The position numbers and the translations under genes were made by a program. A stretch of DNA of 64,000 bases. Source: Geosiphon pyriformis uo1 (lineage: Eukaryota > Fungi > Glomeromycota). Below, one piece after another: positions 36,807 to 51,308 of this stretch. The notes under the pieces were generated by a model, which was not told the origin of the DNA, searched no databases, and worked only from the letters and a program-made list of their open reading frames with translations. The DNA is taken from assembly GCA_016748015.1 (NCBI GenBank), contig JAAOMT010000372.1, positions 62,001 to 126,000 of the forward strand, read 5' to 3'. Position 1 is the first letter of the stretch; the number at the start of each line of letters is the position of its first letter.

Positions 36807-39800
36807 GTGGTGACCACACCAGACGCAACAACTCTAGAGTATTACCAATCAATTTACACCCACTGCAAGCAAAGATTCAACATTCCAGATGGAATTGAAG
36901 TTGTCAAGAAATCAGTATACCAATACATTGAAAACCACATCAACAATTATCTTTTTGAAAATTACAATATCTCAGAAGTTAGATGCAATATTTACAATAA
37001 TTTAGCATACTATTCACAGTTGGGAACTGAAAACCTTAACAGCAAAACACTTGCCACTTACTTTCACGAACTTAATTTTAACATTATTAAATACTGTGAA
37101 GAAACATATCCAGTGCAGTCTCAATACTCTATTGATTTTGAATCGGAAACAGAAACAAGCAACAAAGGCAAAAACAAATTAAAGCAATACTCAAAAACCA
37201 CCCCAAATACTCTAACACTACCAAAAACAACTGCCAAACATTTACAAACACCTGAACAAGGAACCAGTTCAAAACTTCCACTTACTATCACACCTTTTCC
37301 AGCTTTACTTGCACAAGCACAAACGCCTAACTCACCCTTGAATTGATTTGCAAAACCAGAAGATTTTACATCACTCAGAAGTCCCATTAGACAACAAGAA
37401 CCCCTTCAAACTAGTTCCAATTTCCTTGACTTTCTAGCTGAAAATCAAAGTGAACACTCTGAGACAGCAGCAAATAAAGAAAACAAACCTGAAATATCTG
37501 AAGAAGAATCAATAAACAGTGAAAACGAAGAAGACAAAATGACAACATATATTGCAAAAATTCCTGAATTTAATGAAGAAGACATTGAGACCAGTCCCCA
37601 AGAATGGCTCGACCAAGTTACTAAAGCTGGAGATGCAAATAAATGGAATGCTGCCAGAATGTTAAGAACAATTCCCTACTTTCTTAAAGGAACAGCAGAA
37701 GAATGGTTTGAAAACTTGGCCACCCCATTCAATGATTGGAACGCTTTCAAAGCAGCCTTCCTTGAACAGTTCACCAACAATAATACTTCCATTACCCTTT
37801 GCAATTGTTTTCAAAATATCAAACAAGAACCCTCCAAATCTGTTATGACTTATATTGGGAAATTCAACAAACTTCTCAGACGAATTCACCAACTCAAAAC
37901 AAACAATTATTATTCTGATGCTCAAATCTTGGATCAATTTATCACTGGTCTAAAAAATAAACTAATTAAAAAGATTCACCCACATGCGCCAGAAGATTTA
38001 AACTCTGTCATACAGCATGCAAAAAGATACAAAATGGCCATAAAAGAGGCCAATCGCACAAAACTTGTAAATTTGGCAATTGGAGAAACCAGCTCAGCAG
38101 CTGAAGAGAAAATCGACCAACTCGCAAAGAAAGTCGAAAACTATTTCACCAATCAACAACAACAGCAACCCCAAAGATATCAACCACCCCAAAGACAAAA
38201 TCAAAATAACTTTGCACCACTTTCTATAACCAGTCTCAGAATTGCCATTACTGTGGAATCTCTGGCCACTGGAAAAGAGATTGCAGAAAGCTACAATGAG
38301 ACCAACAAAATAAAAGTAATCAATATTATCCTCCACCACAGCAATCTTATTATTAACCACCACCACCAGCTTACTATCCACCAAGACTTCAATACCAAAA
38401 TAACTATTATCAGCCTACTTCACAGCCAATTTAACAGCAATACCAACAACCACCCACACAATATTATCAAGTACCTGCTCAAAGACTGATTACACAAAAT
38501 CAATTCACACCATAAAACTGATACCAAGTAAACAACAATAGAATTAGTTCAAACAACCAATTAGTTCTCCAAAATTCAACTCAACTAAGACCCAACTACT
38601 ACCACACTCAACCCAGTTATTTAACAATGCCAGAAAAACAGGATTTTCACCATACTGCACCTTTGGAAGGTAGAGCTGCAGCACAACAACAAAACCCTTT
38701 CTATACTCCCACCACAATTCCACCAGCCAGAATTGCTGAAAATGCTAACCTTTTAGATATATTCTCTTTTGAGTTCGAAGCAAATGAGTCACCATTCCTG
38801 CTTAGTAATGCAGCCACCAATGAACAAAAAGCAATCACGGCTATGTACACTAAAGCAGAAGTCAAAGGAAAGACAATTCGTTTAATTCTAGACAGTAGAT
38901 CTTCCAGAAGCATTATCACCTACCAGTTAATACAACAGTTAAAGAAAAATGTTGACCGACCAGCTCAAACAGTAATTGTCACTGCCGATGGCATGAAAAA
39001 AATCCCAGTAGGAGAAATTGACAATTTTCCATTCACTCTTGATAGAATCACCATTCCAGTTAAAGTTTTTGTAATGGACGCACCCCAGTACCAAGCTCTT
39101 GTCGGAAATGATTGGCTTCAAAAAGCCAATGCTAATTTGAATTGGGAAACACAAGAGTTAACAATCTCCTACCAAGGACAACACGCCCGGGTACCTGCCA
39201 CTTGTGGTACATTTAACAAACACTCTAAAAAAGCCCCGGCTTTTGAATTCAAACCAGAAAAGAAAAAACCCCTCATTGAAACATTCATGGCTCTTGGATC
39301 AATGTCCAACTGGGCCAATGAAACAGAACAAAAACATTTTACCCCACACTCTGAACCTGAAACCTCTGGATGTAATATCCCTTACTCAAAACCCAAACTA
39401 AGGAAACAACACCTCTATATTCCCCTTAAATGTAAAAACTGCCACAAGAAACTATCATCAATGGAAGCCTGCATTTCACCTAAAGAAAAATATGAAAATC
39501 ATACTTATTATTACTGCAAAGCTTGCCACAGAGAATGATGAGGCCATCTAATAAAAAGGAGCAGAAAATGGAACAACACCCCTTGTTTAACTTGTGGAGA
39601 TATGCTACCAGAAGAATGCAATTGGATTGATGTAGCCATGAGAGGAGGAGTCTGCGATCAGACCTGCCAATATGCTTTATTAATTTCAGAAAAAGTAAAA
39701 AGAGAAACACCCTTTAATGCAGCATACAACAGTACTCTCAACAAACTTTATCACTACTCCCATGATGCCAAGATGATTTTCAACCTAGCAATAGCATTAA

Positions 39801-42422
39801 TTAATGGAGCTACCAAAGAAAATGTTCGTCAAATGAAGGAAGCAGAATACATTGAATACACCATAGAATTAGCTGGATTCAATTATGAAGACGAAGTAGA
39901 AGTCTACCACCAAATTGCAAGTCACACCTACTCAACCCAAAAAGCTCAAATTCAACAATTAGAGCAAATGAACATTAGACTATGTGAAGAATGCATTATG
40001 CCTTGTGATGAACAGTGGTGTCCTGAATGCTACACTCTTAGTATCCCCTTGCCCAGCAAAAATGATGAGAACAAAATTGAATTTGGAGAACCTGAAGCAA
40101 TGGAAGAAATTGAAACAACACCCATCTACTTTATCGAAAATCAGCCTGCTTTACAACTTAAATATTTCAACAACAACGGACAAGGAATAAAACCTGAAAA
40201 AGCACACGAAATTGATGCTGGATATGACTTAAAATATCCAGGCAAGGATACTCTTGTTTTCAAACCCAAATCTTTTACAAAAATCAACCTTAAAATTGCA
40301 CTCGAAATTCTGCCAGAAGCAATGGTTCAAATTACCTCCTGGTCTTTTCTGGCAAGCAAAGGAATCAATGTCAGAGGAGGAATAATTGATGCTGGATATA
40401 CTGGAGACATTACAGTAATGCTTCAAAATAAAACTGACAAACCATTCAAGATCAAACATGTTGAAAAAATTGCCCAAGCTATTTACCTACCCCTAATCAA
40501 CATTTTGGGTTTACAACTAGTCAATCAAAGAGAACAATTAAGAAAAAGTGATAGAGGAACCCAAGGTTTTGGTTCAATTGGATGATTCACAGTTCCAGTT
40601 AATATAGCTCTTAACACACAGAACGAATCCCACCAGATTTTCAGACTTCTACAACCAATTACCATCTCACCTTTTGGAGAACATCTGGAAATCTACACCT
40701 GCCCAAAGTCAACAACCATACAACAAATTTTTGAGTCCAATGAACAAGTCTGTTTGGAACATAATATTTCAATCCCAAACATTTATATTCCAGAAGGAAC
40801 AAAGAAAGTCCGAGTTACTTTTTACAACCCCAATAATTACCCCATAATTTTATTAAATAATTTAGAAATTGGAGTTATTCACAGTAATATATTTCAACAA
40901 GAATTACCCCAAACAGTTCCCAATTTTTCTGAAATTATTGGACATTCACTACCAAAAATCAACCCAAACCCCAGCTCTGAAAACTACCATGTTGTCATGG
41001 AAAAACTATCTCGAATCAACATGGAACAACTTGAACCACAACAACAGACCCAGCTCAAAGAGCTAATTGCAGAATTTGCCAATATTTTTGCTAAAAACAA
41101 CAATAACTTAGGAAGAACCAATTTGGTCCAACACCAAATTTATACAGGAGATGCCAAACCAAGAAGACAACAAGCATATCGAGTTGCTCCAGAAAGCCAC
41201 CAATTCATCCGAGAAGAAGTACAACAAATGCTTAACAATGGGCTTATTCAACCCTCCATGAGTTTTTGGACTTCACCTGTAGTGCTAGTTAAAAAAAAAT
41301 GGAAAGATCTAATTTTGTGTTGACTATCAACAACTCAACAGTGTTACAATTGGAGATGTCTACCCCCTTTCCTGAATTGATGACATGTTAGATGCCCTTG
41401 GAAAATCCAAATACTTTTCAACACTAGATTTAGAAAGTGGTTACTGGCAAGTTGCTATGGATCCCAAAGATTGTCTCAAGACAGCATTCACCACCCAAGG
41501 TGGAAATTACGAGTTCAATGTAATGCCTTTCAGATTATGCAATACACCAGCAATGTTTCAGAGATTAATGGATGTTGTGTACCAAAGACTTCTTTGGAAG
41601 TCAGTAGTCGTTTATCTTGACAATACTGATGTTTATTCTCCATTGTTTGAATTATACTTAAAACATCTGCGAGAAGTTTTTTAACAATTATGAAAAGCAG
41701 GACTAAAACTCAACATTGAAAAATGCTACTTTAGAAAAACAAGCTTGGCCTTCCTTGGGCATATTGTTGGTAAAAATGGAATCAAACCGGACCCTGGAAA
41801 AATCAGCGTTGTCAAAAACTTCAAAACTTCTTGAAACACTACAGAACTAAGAGGATTCATAGAATTAGCATCCTACTATCGGAAGTTTATCAAAAAATTC
41901 TCGGAAATTGCAAAACTCCTCAACCAGCTCACCACCAAAAACGTTGAATACAAATGGACTACTGAACACCAAAAAGCTTTTGGAATTTTCAAGGAAAAAC
42001 TGACAACAGCTCCAATCCTTGCCTACCCAGATTTCAACAACCAATTTCGACTAGCTACAGATGCTTCGTATACTGCCTTTGGTGCCATCTTATCACAACT
42101 AGATAACAACGGAAATGAGCGAGTAATTGCTTATGCTAGCAAAACATTAAAACCAGCTGAGAAAAACTATCCTGCCACAAAACTAGAAACAGCAGCCGTA
42201 ATTTGGGCCCTACACCACTTCAAACTTTATCTCAGGCCTAAAGAATTTGATATTATCACTAATAATATTGGACTCAAATGGCTTCAGAACAAAAATACTC
42301 AGCTGAATGCAAAACAAACCCAATGGACAGGATTTTTAGCAAACTATTAATACATAGTACATTACAAACCAGGAAAACTCCACACCAATGTTGACTGTCT
42401 CTCCAGAATAAAACAAGATTAG
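36807..42422 (+). pseudogene. gag-pol: A3 ORF1 polyprotein (extension, Gag from ATG 37539, PR, Cys fingers, dUTPase, RT, RNaseH)
   Basis: One frame after correcting small deletions near 38225 and 41295 relative to A2. Confidence 0.9.
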
Positions 42423-42473
42423 AAAACACAAAAACCAACACTCAACTTAACCAACCAAAAGAGCCAACAAACA

Positions 42474-43859
42474 ATGAATTCAGAAAACTACAACAATCTC
42501 AAACAATATTTGGAAACATTAACAATCCCAACAGATTGGTCTCCAGATGAAAAACATTGACTACAACAACAAACCAAACAATATTTTCTACACAACAACA
42601 TTATTTATCATCAAAATTTCAAAAACCCAAACAAACCACTCAGATTAATACAAGAACAGAAAAAAGAGACCATATTATACAACATGTACTCAGATCCTTC
42701 ATCAGCACACTTCAGAAAAAATAGCACCACCCAAAGAACACTAGAATGCTACTTTTGGCCTCGAATGAGGAAAAACATTCACGAATATGTCGAATCTTGT
42801 GATAGTTGTCAAAGAAGAGGAGAAACACGCTCTACTGAACCATTAAATCCAATCAAAGTTGGACAATCCTTTGACCGAGTTGGTATCAATTTAGTTGGAC
42901 CACTATCTATCACCACTCAAGGAAACTGTTATATTGCAGTAGCTGTAGACTATCTTACTAAATGACTCAAAGCCAGAGCCATTCAATGAGCAGATGCGAA
43001 ATCAGTAGCAAATTTCATCTACAAAGACATCATTTGTAGACACAGATGTCTAATTGAACTTTTATCCAATCAGGGAACACACTTTATGAACAACCTAATA
43101 CAAGAAATTTGTGAACAATTCAATGTCAAAAGACTTCTGTCTTTGTCCTACCATCTACAAACAAATGGACTTGTGGAACATTTTAACAGAACATTGTGTG
43201 AGTTATTAGCCAAAGTCTCAACCGATTTTAAGCAAGAGTGGGATATCTTTATTCTATTAGTGTTGCTAACATACAGAACACTAAAACAAGATACCACAAA
43301 ACACACACCATTTGATTTAACTTACAGAAGAACAGCAACATTACCAATTAGTTTCACAGTAGAAACATACCCAGCACAACTAATTGATGAAAACAATTTC
43401 TAAGAAATGCTTCAGCAAAGAGCCTACACTCTGCTTAGCATATTGAAAGGAAAACGACGAATAGCAGCCACCTATATTGAACACTCCCAAGCTTGACAAA
43501 AAGAATGGCATGATGACAAATTGCCTCCAGTCACCAATGAATTTAAAATCGAAAACAAAGTTCTCTTACACAGAACTAAAGCTGAAAAACAATAGAGTGG
43601 AAAATTTGAAAATAAATGGGATGGACTATTCTTTATTCATAAAGTCCTAGGCAATGGATTATACAAGCTAAGACTTGATGACAAAATCCTAGCAAAAGTT
43701 GCACATGGAAATTGTTTGAAACACTATCATTCCAGAAACAATCCTGAACCATTAATTCCACAAATTGGTACACATTCTCCTTTAGTCAATCCCGAAGATA
43801 TTCCCTGAAACTTAGAACCAATAGTTGTCATTGAACAACCTTCCAACCTGAACACTTAA
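42474..43859 (+). pseudogene. A3 ORF2 integrase
   Basis: ATG MNSENY; fragments 42684-42965 and 43086-43403. Confidence 0.9.
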
Positions 43860-43965
43860 TTTAATTTTACTAGTTATTCTCTTATAATTTAGAAACAATC
43901 AAAACAAAAATAACATAAAAACCCATACACCAAAAATAATTTTTTTTTATTTCAAATTTCTTATA

Positions 43966-44682
43966 ATAACTATTCAAAACATTCAACAATTATCCCAAAA
44001 ACTAATGTTAACTTTAAAAACAATACCCGAATTATCTATTACTGTTACTGGAAACCACATTAATTATACCCAAACAGAAGTAGTTACAAATTTAGCCCCA
44101 AATTCACGAAAATATCATCTGTATAAGAAGAACACAAGAAGTTATTCTGGAATTCACTTGCCAGAACTTTTAAAGCTTGCTTTAAGAGAAAACCTAATGC
44201 TCACTCCAATTAGTATTCCACCAAATGCTACAATTCAACAAAGACTTCAACTGTGTCTTAATAAGAAAAGCACTGAATACTCTCCAATCTATAGATATTT
44301 CTACATTGGAAAAACACTCTATAAATGAAAACTGAAACTTACAACAGCAAATCTCACAAAAAAAGCTATTTAGAAACAACTCCACAACAAATTCAAGACA
44401 ACAGCTGGACCAACAAACAGTCGCTACAAGCTCAGAACTGCTCTTAGACTTTATGACCTATTCCACACCTGTGAAAACGTCCTACAAAACCCAATTTTAC
44501 AATCTTTAAAGATTCAATACATTGGAAAGCTCACAGAACTGAAATTTCAACAATTTTCAGACCAAATTTCTTCAATAATTTTGGATTATTATCTGGAAAT
44601 TACAGACAGTACTTAGACTTCAACAGAGCTTAGTTTTGAGAAGGAGATTATGTTACCAGACAAAATTAGAGATATTATTTAG
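43966..44682 (+). pseudogene. A3 ORF3 (start decayed to ATA), reads through the PPT and stops 32 nt inside the LTR
   Basis: Homologous to 35116-35811. Confidence 0.85.
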
Positions 44683-45635
44683 CATGAAATTATCTTATAA
44701 ATCCTATCATTAATTAGCATATATTATCGTTTCAAATTATCACTTATTACATTAGCAAAATGTCCGAAATTATCATTTAAATTAATAACCCAATTTGTAC
44801 ACAACACAAATGTAATCTAATTGCGATGATCAATCATGCAATACTCCGAACTATGTAACATTCAAAAGTTCACCAAAATTTGTAGAAATTTGCCGAAATA
44901 ATTGATAGTTTACCGAAATATCTAATAGTTTGCAGAAATAACTTGTAGTTTGCTGAAATGTATCTTTAGTTCAGCAAAATTGTAGAAAATAGCAAAGTTC
45001 AAGTTCATAGAATAGTGTTACGACAAGTTGTATAAAAGAAAAGTGTCCCTCTTTGAGAAAATGTATCTTACTTCAGATTTAATAATTAGAATTAGCCTTT
45101 ACACACAAAAACAAAATAAATATTAAATAAATTCGAAAAACCAAATTCTTAATTATTTCCCTTGGAATTAACTGATTCCTACTAACAGTTTAAAATTGAT
45201 TAACTACCAATTTTAGTAGACTGTTAAAACACTTCCAGGCCTGGATCCGAAATGACTTCCATAAATCATCAGTTTTACTTTTTCTTTTACATTTCCTTTA
45301 TTCTTTTTCTTTTCTTATTATAAGTTATTTGGATATCCTACAGACAAGAGTTCCTGTAGAAGAGTTGACTTTCATAGCAAAGTAACTACACATTTTTAGT
45401 AAGCTTCCAGATGAGCAATTCCTGAGAAAGAGTTGATATTTACTACAATGTAACTATACAAAGTAACTGGCATGAAATTGGCCATTCCACTTATAAGCCC
45501 AGCAGTTCAAATTATAGGAGATAATTTGAAAATAAATTCAGTTATTGGAGGTTCAAACACTTCCCATAGTCGTGAATTAACAGCATTACAACCAACATAC
45601 AAAAGTTAAGAAGAGACCAAAAACCTCCAGTAACA
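44651..45635 (+). repeat. Recombinant 3' LTR (A3-type 5' part, A2-type 3' part)
   Basis: Preceded by PPT GAGAAGGAGATTA; followed by the A2 TSD ATGT. Confidence 0.93.
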
Positions 45636-45639
45636 ATGT

Positions 45640-48036
45640 TTATATTCTTAAAGGAATGAAAAAATTTCGAGTTATATTCTACAACCCTAACAATTACCCT
45701 ATTGTTTTATTAAATAAATTAAAAATTGAAATCATACATAGCAACATCTTTCAAGATGAAAACTCTTAAATTGTTTCTAATTTCATCGAAATTGTAAGAT
45801 ATATCCTACTTTCTAATTTAAACATCATTTCTACTACTGAAAACTACCACCTTTTGAAAGAAAAACTTTCTTAAATTAACATAAGTCCCTTAAAACCCCA
45901 ACAACAAAGACAATTAAAACAGTTAATAGCTAAATTTGCCTATATATTTGCAAAAAACAACATTAACCTGAGAAAAAGTAATATTGTCTAACATCAAATC
46001 CACACAAGAGATATTTTACTAAAACAACAATAAGTTTATCAAGTTTTACTTGTTAGTTACCAATTTATCAGAGAAAAAGTCCAAAAAATGCTCAATAACA
46101 GATTGATCCAATTATCAAGAAGTTTATGGGCCTTACCAATAGTTTTTGTTAAAAAAAAAAAAAAAATCAGATTTTGTGTTGATTATTAACAATTGAATAG
46201 TGTTATAATTGGAAATATCTACTCTCTTCTAAAAATTGATAATATGCTAGATGCTTTAGAAAAAGCCAAGTTTTTTTTAACTTTAGACTTGGAAAGTGGA
46301 TATTGACAAGTCGAAATAGATCCAAAAGATTGGCCCAAAACAGCATTTACCACTCAAAAAAAAACTACAAATTCAATATTATGGTTTTTAGACTCTGCAA
46401 TACACCAGCAACATTTCAGCAACTCATGGATGTTTTATATAAAGAATTTTTATGACAATTAGTAGTTCTTTATCTTAATGACATTAATGTATATTTACCA
46501 AGCTTTGAAGCTTATCTTATTCATCTGTAAGAAGTTTTTCAATGATTACAGAAAACAGAATTAAAATTAAACATTAAGAAGTATTATTTTAGAAAAACAA
46601 GCTTAATTTTTCTTGAACACATTGTTAGCAAAGATGAAGTCAAACCAAATCCTAGAACAATCAATGCTATCAAAAACTTTTAAACTTCCAAAAATACCAC
46701 AAAGCTATGAGAATTTGTAAAATTAGTCTCCTACTATCAGAAATTCATAAAAAAGTTCTTAGAAATTATCAAATCATTTAACTATCTTACCAACAAAAAT
46801 GTGTCATATCAATAAATTGAAGAACAACAAAAAGCCTTTAAAACTCTCAAAACAAAATTAACAATAGCTCCAGTTTTTGTTTACTCAAACTTCAACAAAC
46901 AATTCCAGTTAGCCACTAATGCTTTATATACAGTCTTTGGTGCTATCTTATCACAATTAGATAACAATAACAATAAATAAGTAATTTCTTATACTAGTAG
47001 AATACTTAAATCAACAGAACTCAAATATAGCTCAATTGAATTAGAAGCCACTACAGTTATTTGGGCTCTCAAACATTTTTAACAATACTTAAAAAATGGA
47101 AAAGAATTCAACATCATAACTGACAATATTGGTCTCAAATGACTCAATAAAAAAAAACAGAACAAAGTGCTAAACAGTCTTGATGGAATAATTTCCTAGC
47201 AGACTACAAGTATATTATGCATTACAAACCAGAAAAACTACACACTAATGTTGATAGTCTTTTAAAAATAAGACAAGATTAACATTAACAGCAATTCTAC
47301 CACAATTTACCAAACCTATCAACAAAAATAACCAAACAATAATAGATCTCAGAAACTACAACAATATTAAAAACTATTTGGAGACTTTTATTATGTTAGA
47401 AAATTGGTTTCCAAATAAAAAACATCGATTACAACACCAATCAAAACAATATTTTATACACTACAACAAAATTTATTATAAAAATTAAAGAAATCCAAAC
47501 CAACTACTTAGATTAGTACAAGAGAATAAAAAAGAAACAATTTTATACAACATATACACAGATTTTTTTTTAATACACTTGGAAAAAAATGAAACAATTC
47601 AAAAAACCCTTGAATATTATTTTTGGCTTTACATGCAAAAAAACATTTAAAAATATATAGAATCTTGTAATAGTTGTCAAAGAAAAAGAGGAACTTGCTT
47701 CACAGAATTTTTAAATCCAATCAAAGTTGAACAACCTATTGACAAAGTTGGAATTAATTTAATTAGACCATTATTTATCACAACTTAAGGAAATTGTTAT
47801 ATTGCAGTTGCAGTAAATTATCTCACCAAATGGCCTAAAGCTAAAGCCATTCAAAAAGCAGATGCAAAATCAGTAGCAAATTTCATCTATAAAGACATTA
47901 TTTGTAGACATGAATGCCCAATTGAACTTTTATCTGATCAAAAAACACATTTTGTGAACAACTTAATACAGAAAATTTGTAAACAATTCAATGTTAAAAG
48001 ACTTTTATCATCATCTTATCATCTCCAAATAAATGA
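45640..48036 (+). pseudogene. A1 continuation (RT, RNase H to stop at 47282, integrase from 47342)
   Basis: Colinear with A4 pol; heavily decayed. Confidence 0.85.
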
Positions 48037-49037
48037 TGTTACTGGAGGTTTTTGGTCTCTTTTCTTAAATGTTGTTGATGCCTGTTTGTTGTGAATTCAC
48101 GTTTTCTGGATGTAGTTGAACCTCCAATAACTGAATTTATCTTCAAATTATCTCCTATAATTTGAACTGTTGGGCTTATAAGTAGAATGGCCAATTCCTT
48201 GCCAGTTGCTTTATGTAGTTACATTGTAGTAAACGTCAACTCTTTTCCAGGAATTGCTCATCTGGAAGCTCACTAAAATGTATAGTTACTTTGCTGTGAA
48301 AGTCAACTCTTTTACAGAAATCTTGTCTGTAGGCTACCCTAATAATTGTAATAAGAAAAGAAAAGAAAAATAAAAGAAATGTAAAAGAAATAGAATTTTG
48401 TCAAGAGAAACGTTTTCTATCCAAACCTGGAGTCACTAACAGTTTACTGAAATTGGTAGCTAATCAATTTCGAAATGTTAGTTGGATTTTTGGAGATTTT
48501 CCAAGTGCAATAATTAAAGAATTTTGGGAAGTTTTTTTTTTGAATTATTTGATATTTATTTTTTTTTGTGTGTGTAGGAATGGTTTTAAGTAATAAATCT
48601 AAAATAAGATACATTTTCCAGAAGAAAAAAGCTCTTTTTTTATACAACTTGTTGTAGTACTAGTCTATGAACTTGCACTTTTTCTCTTTGCTCAAATTTC
48701 GGCAAACTAAAGATACATTTTGATAAACTACAAGTTATTTCGCTGAACTATTGATTAATTTGGGTGAACTATTCATAATTTCGGCGAATTTCTTATAAAT
48801 TTCGGCGAATTTTTGTAAATTTCGGTGAATTTTTTAATGTTACGAAGTTCAGGGTATTGTGTAATTTGATCATCCTACTTTCTGTTATACTAATTAGATT
48901 ATTTTAATTGAATCGTGATATGTGATAATTGATTAAATAATAAATAATAATTTGAAATGATATTAATATACTAATGAATTATAGGAATTATAAGGGTAAT
49001 TTCATGCTAATTAATAGCTAAAATTCTACTGGTAACA
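48037..49037 (-). repeat. A4 3' LTR
   Basis: Preceded by PPT GAGGAGGAGATTA. Confidence 0.95.
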
Positions 49038-49723
49038 TAATCTCCTCCTCAAGACTGAGCTCTATCGAAGTCCAAGCATTATCTGTAATATTAAGATAGT
49101 GATCTAAAATAATTGAAGTAATCTGATCTGAAAATTGTTGAAATTTCAGTTCTGTAAGTTTGCCAATGTATTGGACTTTCATTGGTTGCAGTATTGGATT
49201 TTGTAGAACATTTTCACAAGTATTAAACAAGTCATAGAGTCTAAGAGCTGCTCTAAGTCTGTAGCGAGTGTTTGTTGGTCCAGCTGCTGTTTTGAATTCA
49301 TTGTGAATTTGTTTTTGTATAACTTCAGGAGTGAGATTTGTTGTTTCAAGTTCCAGTTTTCGTTCATAAAGTGTTTTTCCAATTTGAAAGTATTTATAGA
49401 TAGGGGTGTGTTCATTGTTCTGTTCATTAAGAAGTAGTAGAAGTTTTTGTTGCATTGTAGCATTTGGTGAAATGTCAATAGAGGCAATTAAAAGATTTTC
49501 TTCTAGTGCCTGCTTTAAAAGTTTTGGTAATCTATTCTCAGAGTGACTTCTTGTTTTTCTTCTATAGAGGTGATAGTTCTGTAAATGATTTGCTACTGGG
49601 GCTGTGGTTTCTTTCTGAATGTAATTAATTTGACTTCCATTAATTGTTATAGATAAGTCAGAGTGTTTTCAAGGCTAACATTAATTTTTGGGATATTTGT
49701 TGAATATTTCGGAGAATAATCAT
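49018..49723 (-). pseudogene. A4 ORF3 (one frameshift near 49670)
   Basis: ORF 49018-49455: YKYFQIGKTL...RAALRLYDLF...IGKLTELKFQQF. Confidence 0.85.
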
Positions 49724-49883
49724 GATAAAATTGACTAATTATGAAAAGAGAAAATAAAGAAAATTATTTTTAGATATGGGGTTTTTATTTGTTTTTGGGT
49801 TTGAGTGTTTTGTAATTATTTACTATTTTTGTCTTTGTGTTTTTATTAGAGAATTATTGTAAAATTTAAGTGTTCAAGTTTGG

Positions 49884-51251
49884 TTATTGTTCTATTATAA
49901 TTATTAATTCTAAATTTCGGGGAATATCTTCAGGATTAATTAAAGGAGAATGTGTACCAATTTGTGGAATTAATGATTCAGAATTGTTTCTGGAATGATA
50001 GTGTTTCAATCTGTTTCCATGTGCAACTTTTGCTAATATTTTGTCATCAAGTCTTAACTTATATGATCTATTGCCTAGAATTTCGTGAATATAAAATAGT
50101 CCATCCCATTTGTTTTCAAATTTCCCACTCCATTGTTTTTTAGCCTTAGTTCTGTGTAAGAGAACTTTATTTCCAACTTTAAATTTGTTGATAATAGGTG
50201 GTAATTTGTTGTCATGTCTTTCTTTTTGTTGAGTTTGGGAATGTTCAATATGAGTTGCTACTATTCTTCTTTTTCTTTCCAGTGTACTAAGAAGAGTATA
50301 GGCTTTTCTTTGGAGTGTCTCTTGAAAGTTTTCTTCATTGATTGGTTGCACTGGGTATGTTTCCACTGTGAAATTAATTGGTAATGTTGCTGTTTTTCCA
50401 TAAGTAAGATCAAATGGTGTGTGTTTCATAGTATCTTGTTTTAGTGTTCTGTATGCTAGTAACACTGATGAAATAAAGATATCCCATTCTTGCTCAAAGT
50501 CTGTTGAGACTTTGGCTAAAGATTCACACAATGTTCTGTTGAAACGTTCTACAAATCCATTTGTTTGAGAGTGATAAGGTGATAATAGAGGTCTTTTGAC
50601 ATTGAACCATTCACAAATTTCTTGTATCAAGTTGTTCACAAAATGTGTTCCTTGATCAGATAAGAGTTCAATTGGGCATCTATGTCTATAGATAATGTCT
50701 TCATAGATGAAATTTGCTACTGATTTTGCATCTGCTCTTTGGATAACTCTAGCTTCAAGCCATTTGGTAAGATAATCCACTGCAACTGCAATATAACAAT
50801 TTTCTTGGGTTGTGATAAGTAATGGTCTGACTAAATCAATTCCAACTCTGTCAAAAGGTTGTCCAACTTTGATTGGATTTAGAGGTTCTGTGGGGTGAGT
50901 TCCTCTTCTTCTTTGACAATTATCACAAGATTCTACATATTGTCAAATGTCTTTTTACATGTGAGGCCAAAAATAATGTTCAAGAGTTTTTTGAATTGTT
51001 CCCTCTTTTCCCAAGTATGCTGAAGACGGATCTGTGTGCATGTTGTATAAAATTGTTTCTTTTTCATTCTCTTGTACTAATCTGAGTGGCTGGTTTGGTT
51101 TTCTGTAATTTTTATAATAGATTTTGTTTTGGTGTATGAAATATTGTTTTGATTGGTGTTGTAAGCAGTGTTTTTTACTTAGAGACCAGTTTTCTGGCAT
51201 GGTAAGAGTCTCCAAATAATTTTTAAGATTGCTGTAGTTTTTGGGATCCAT
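49884..51251 (-). pseudogene. A4 ORF2 integrase
   Basis: ORFs 50955-51251 and 49884-50780 share one frame. Confidence 0.92.
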
Positions 51252-51308
51252 TCTTGTTTGGTTATTTTGTTGGTAAGTTGGTAAGTTGTGGTGGAATTGT
51301 TGTTGGTA

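Larger units (their letters stand above)
16707..45635 (+). mobile_element. Family-A element A2 (contains B2 and A3); TSD ATGT at 16703-16706 and 45636-45639
   Basis: Matching LTR termini and 4-bp TSD; RT interrupted at 22738 and resuming at 32903. Confidence 0.92.
35780..45635 (+). mobile_element. Family-A element A3, inserted 24 bp upstream of the A2 3' LTR; shares a recombinant 3' LTR with A2
   Basis: 5' LTR 35780-36760 is not preceded by a PPT; complete internal region; diagnostic indels in LTR 44651-45635. Confidence 0.9.
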
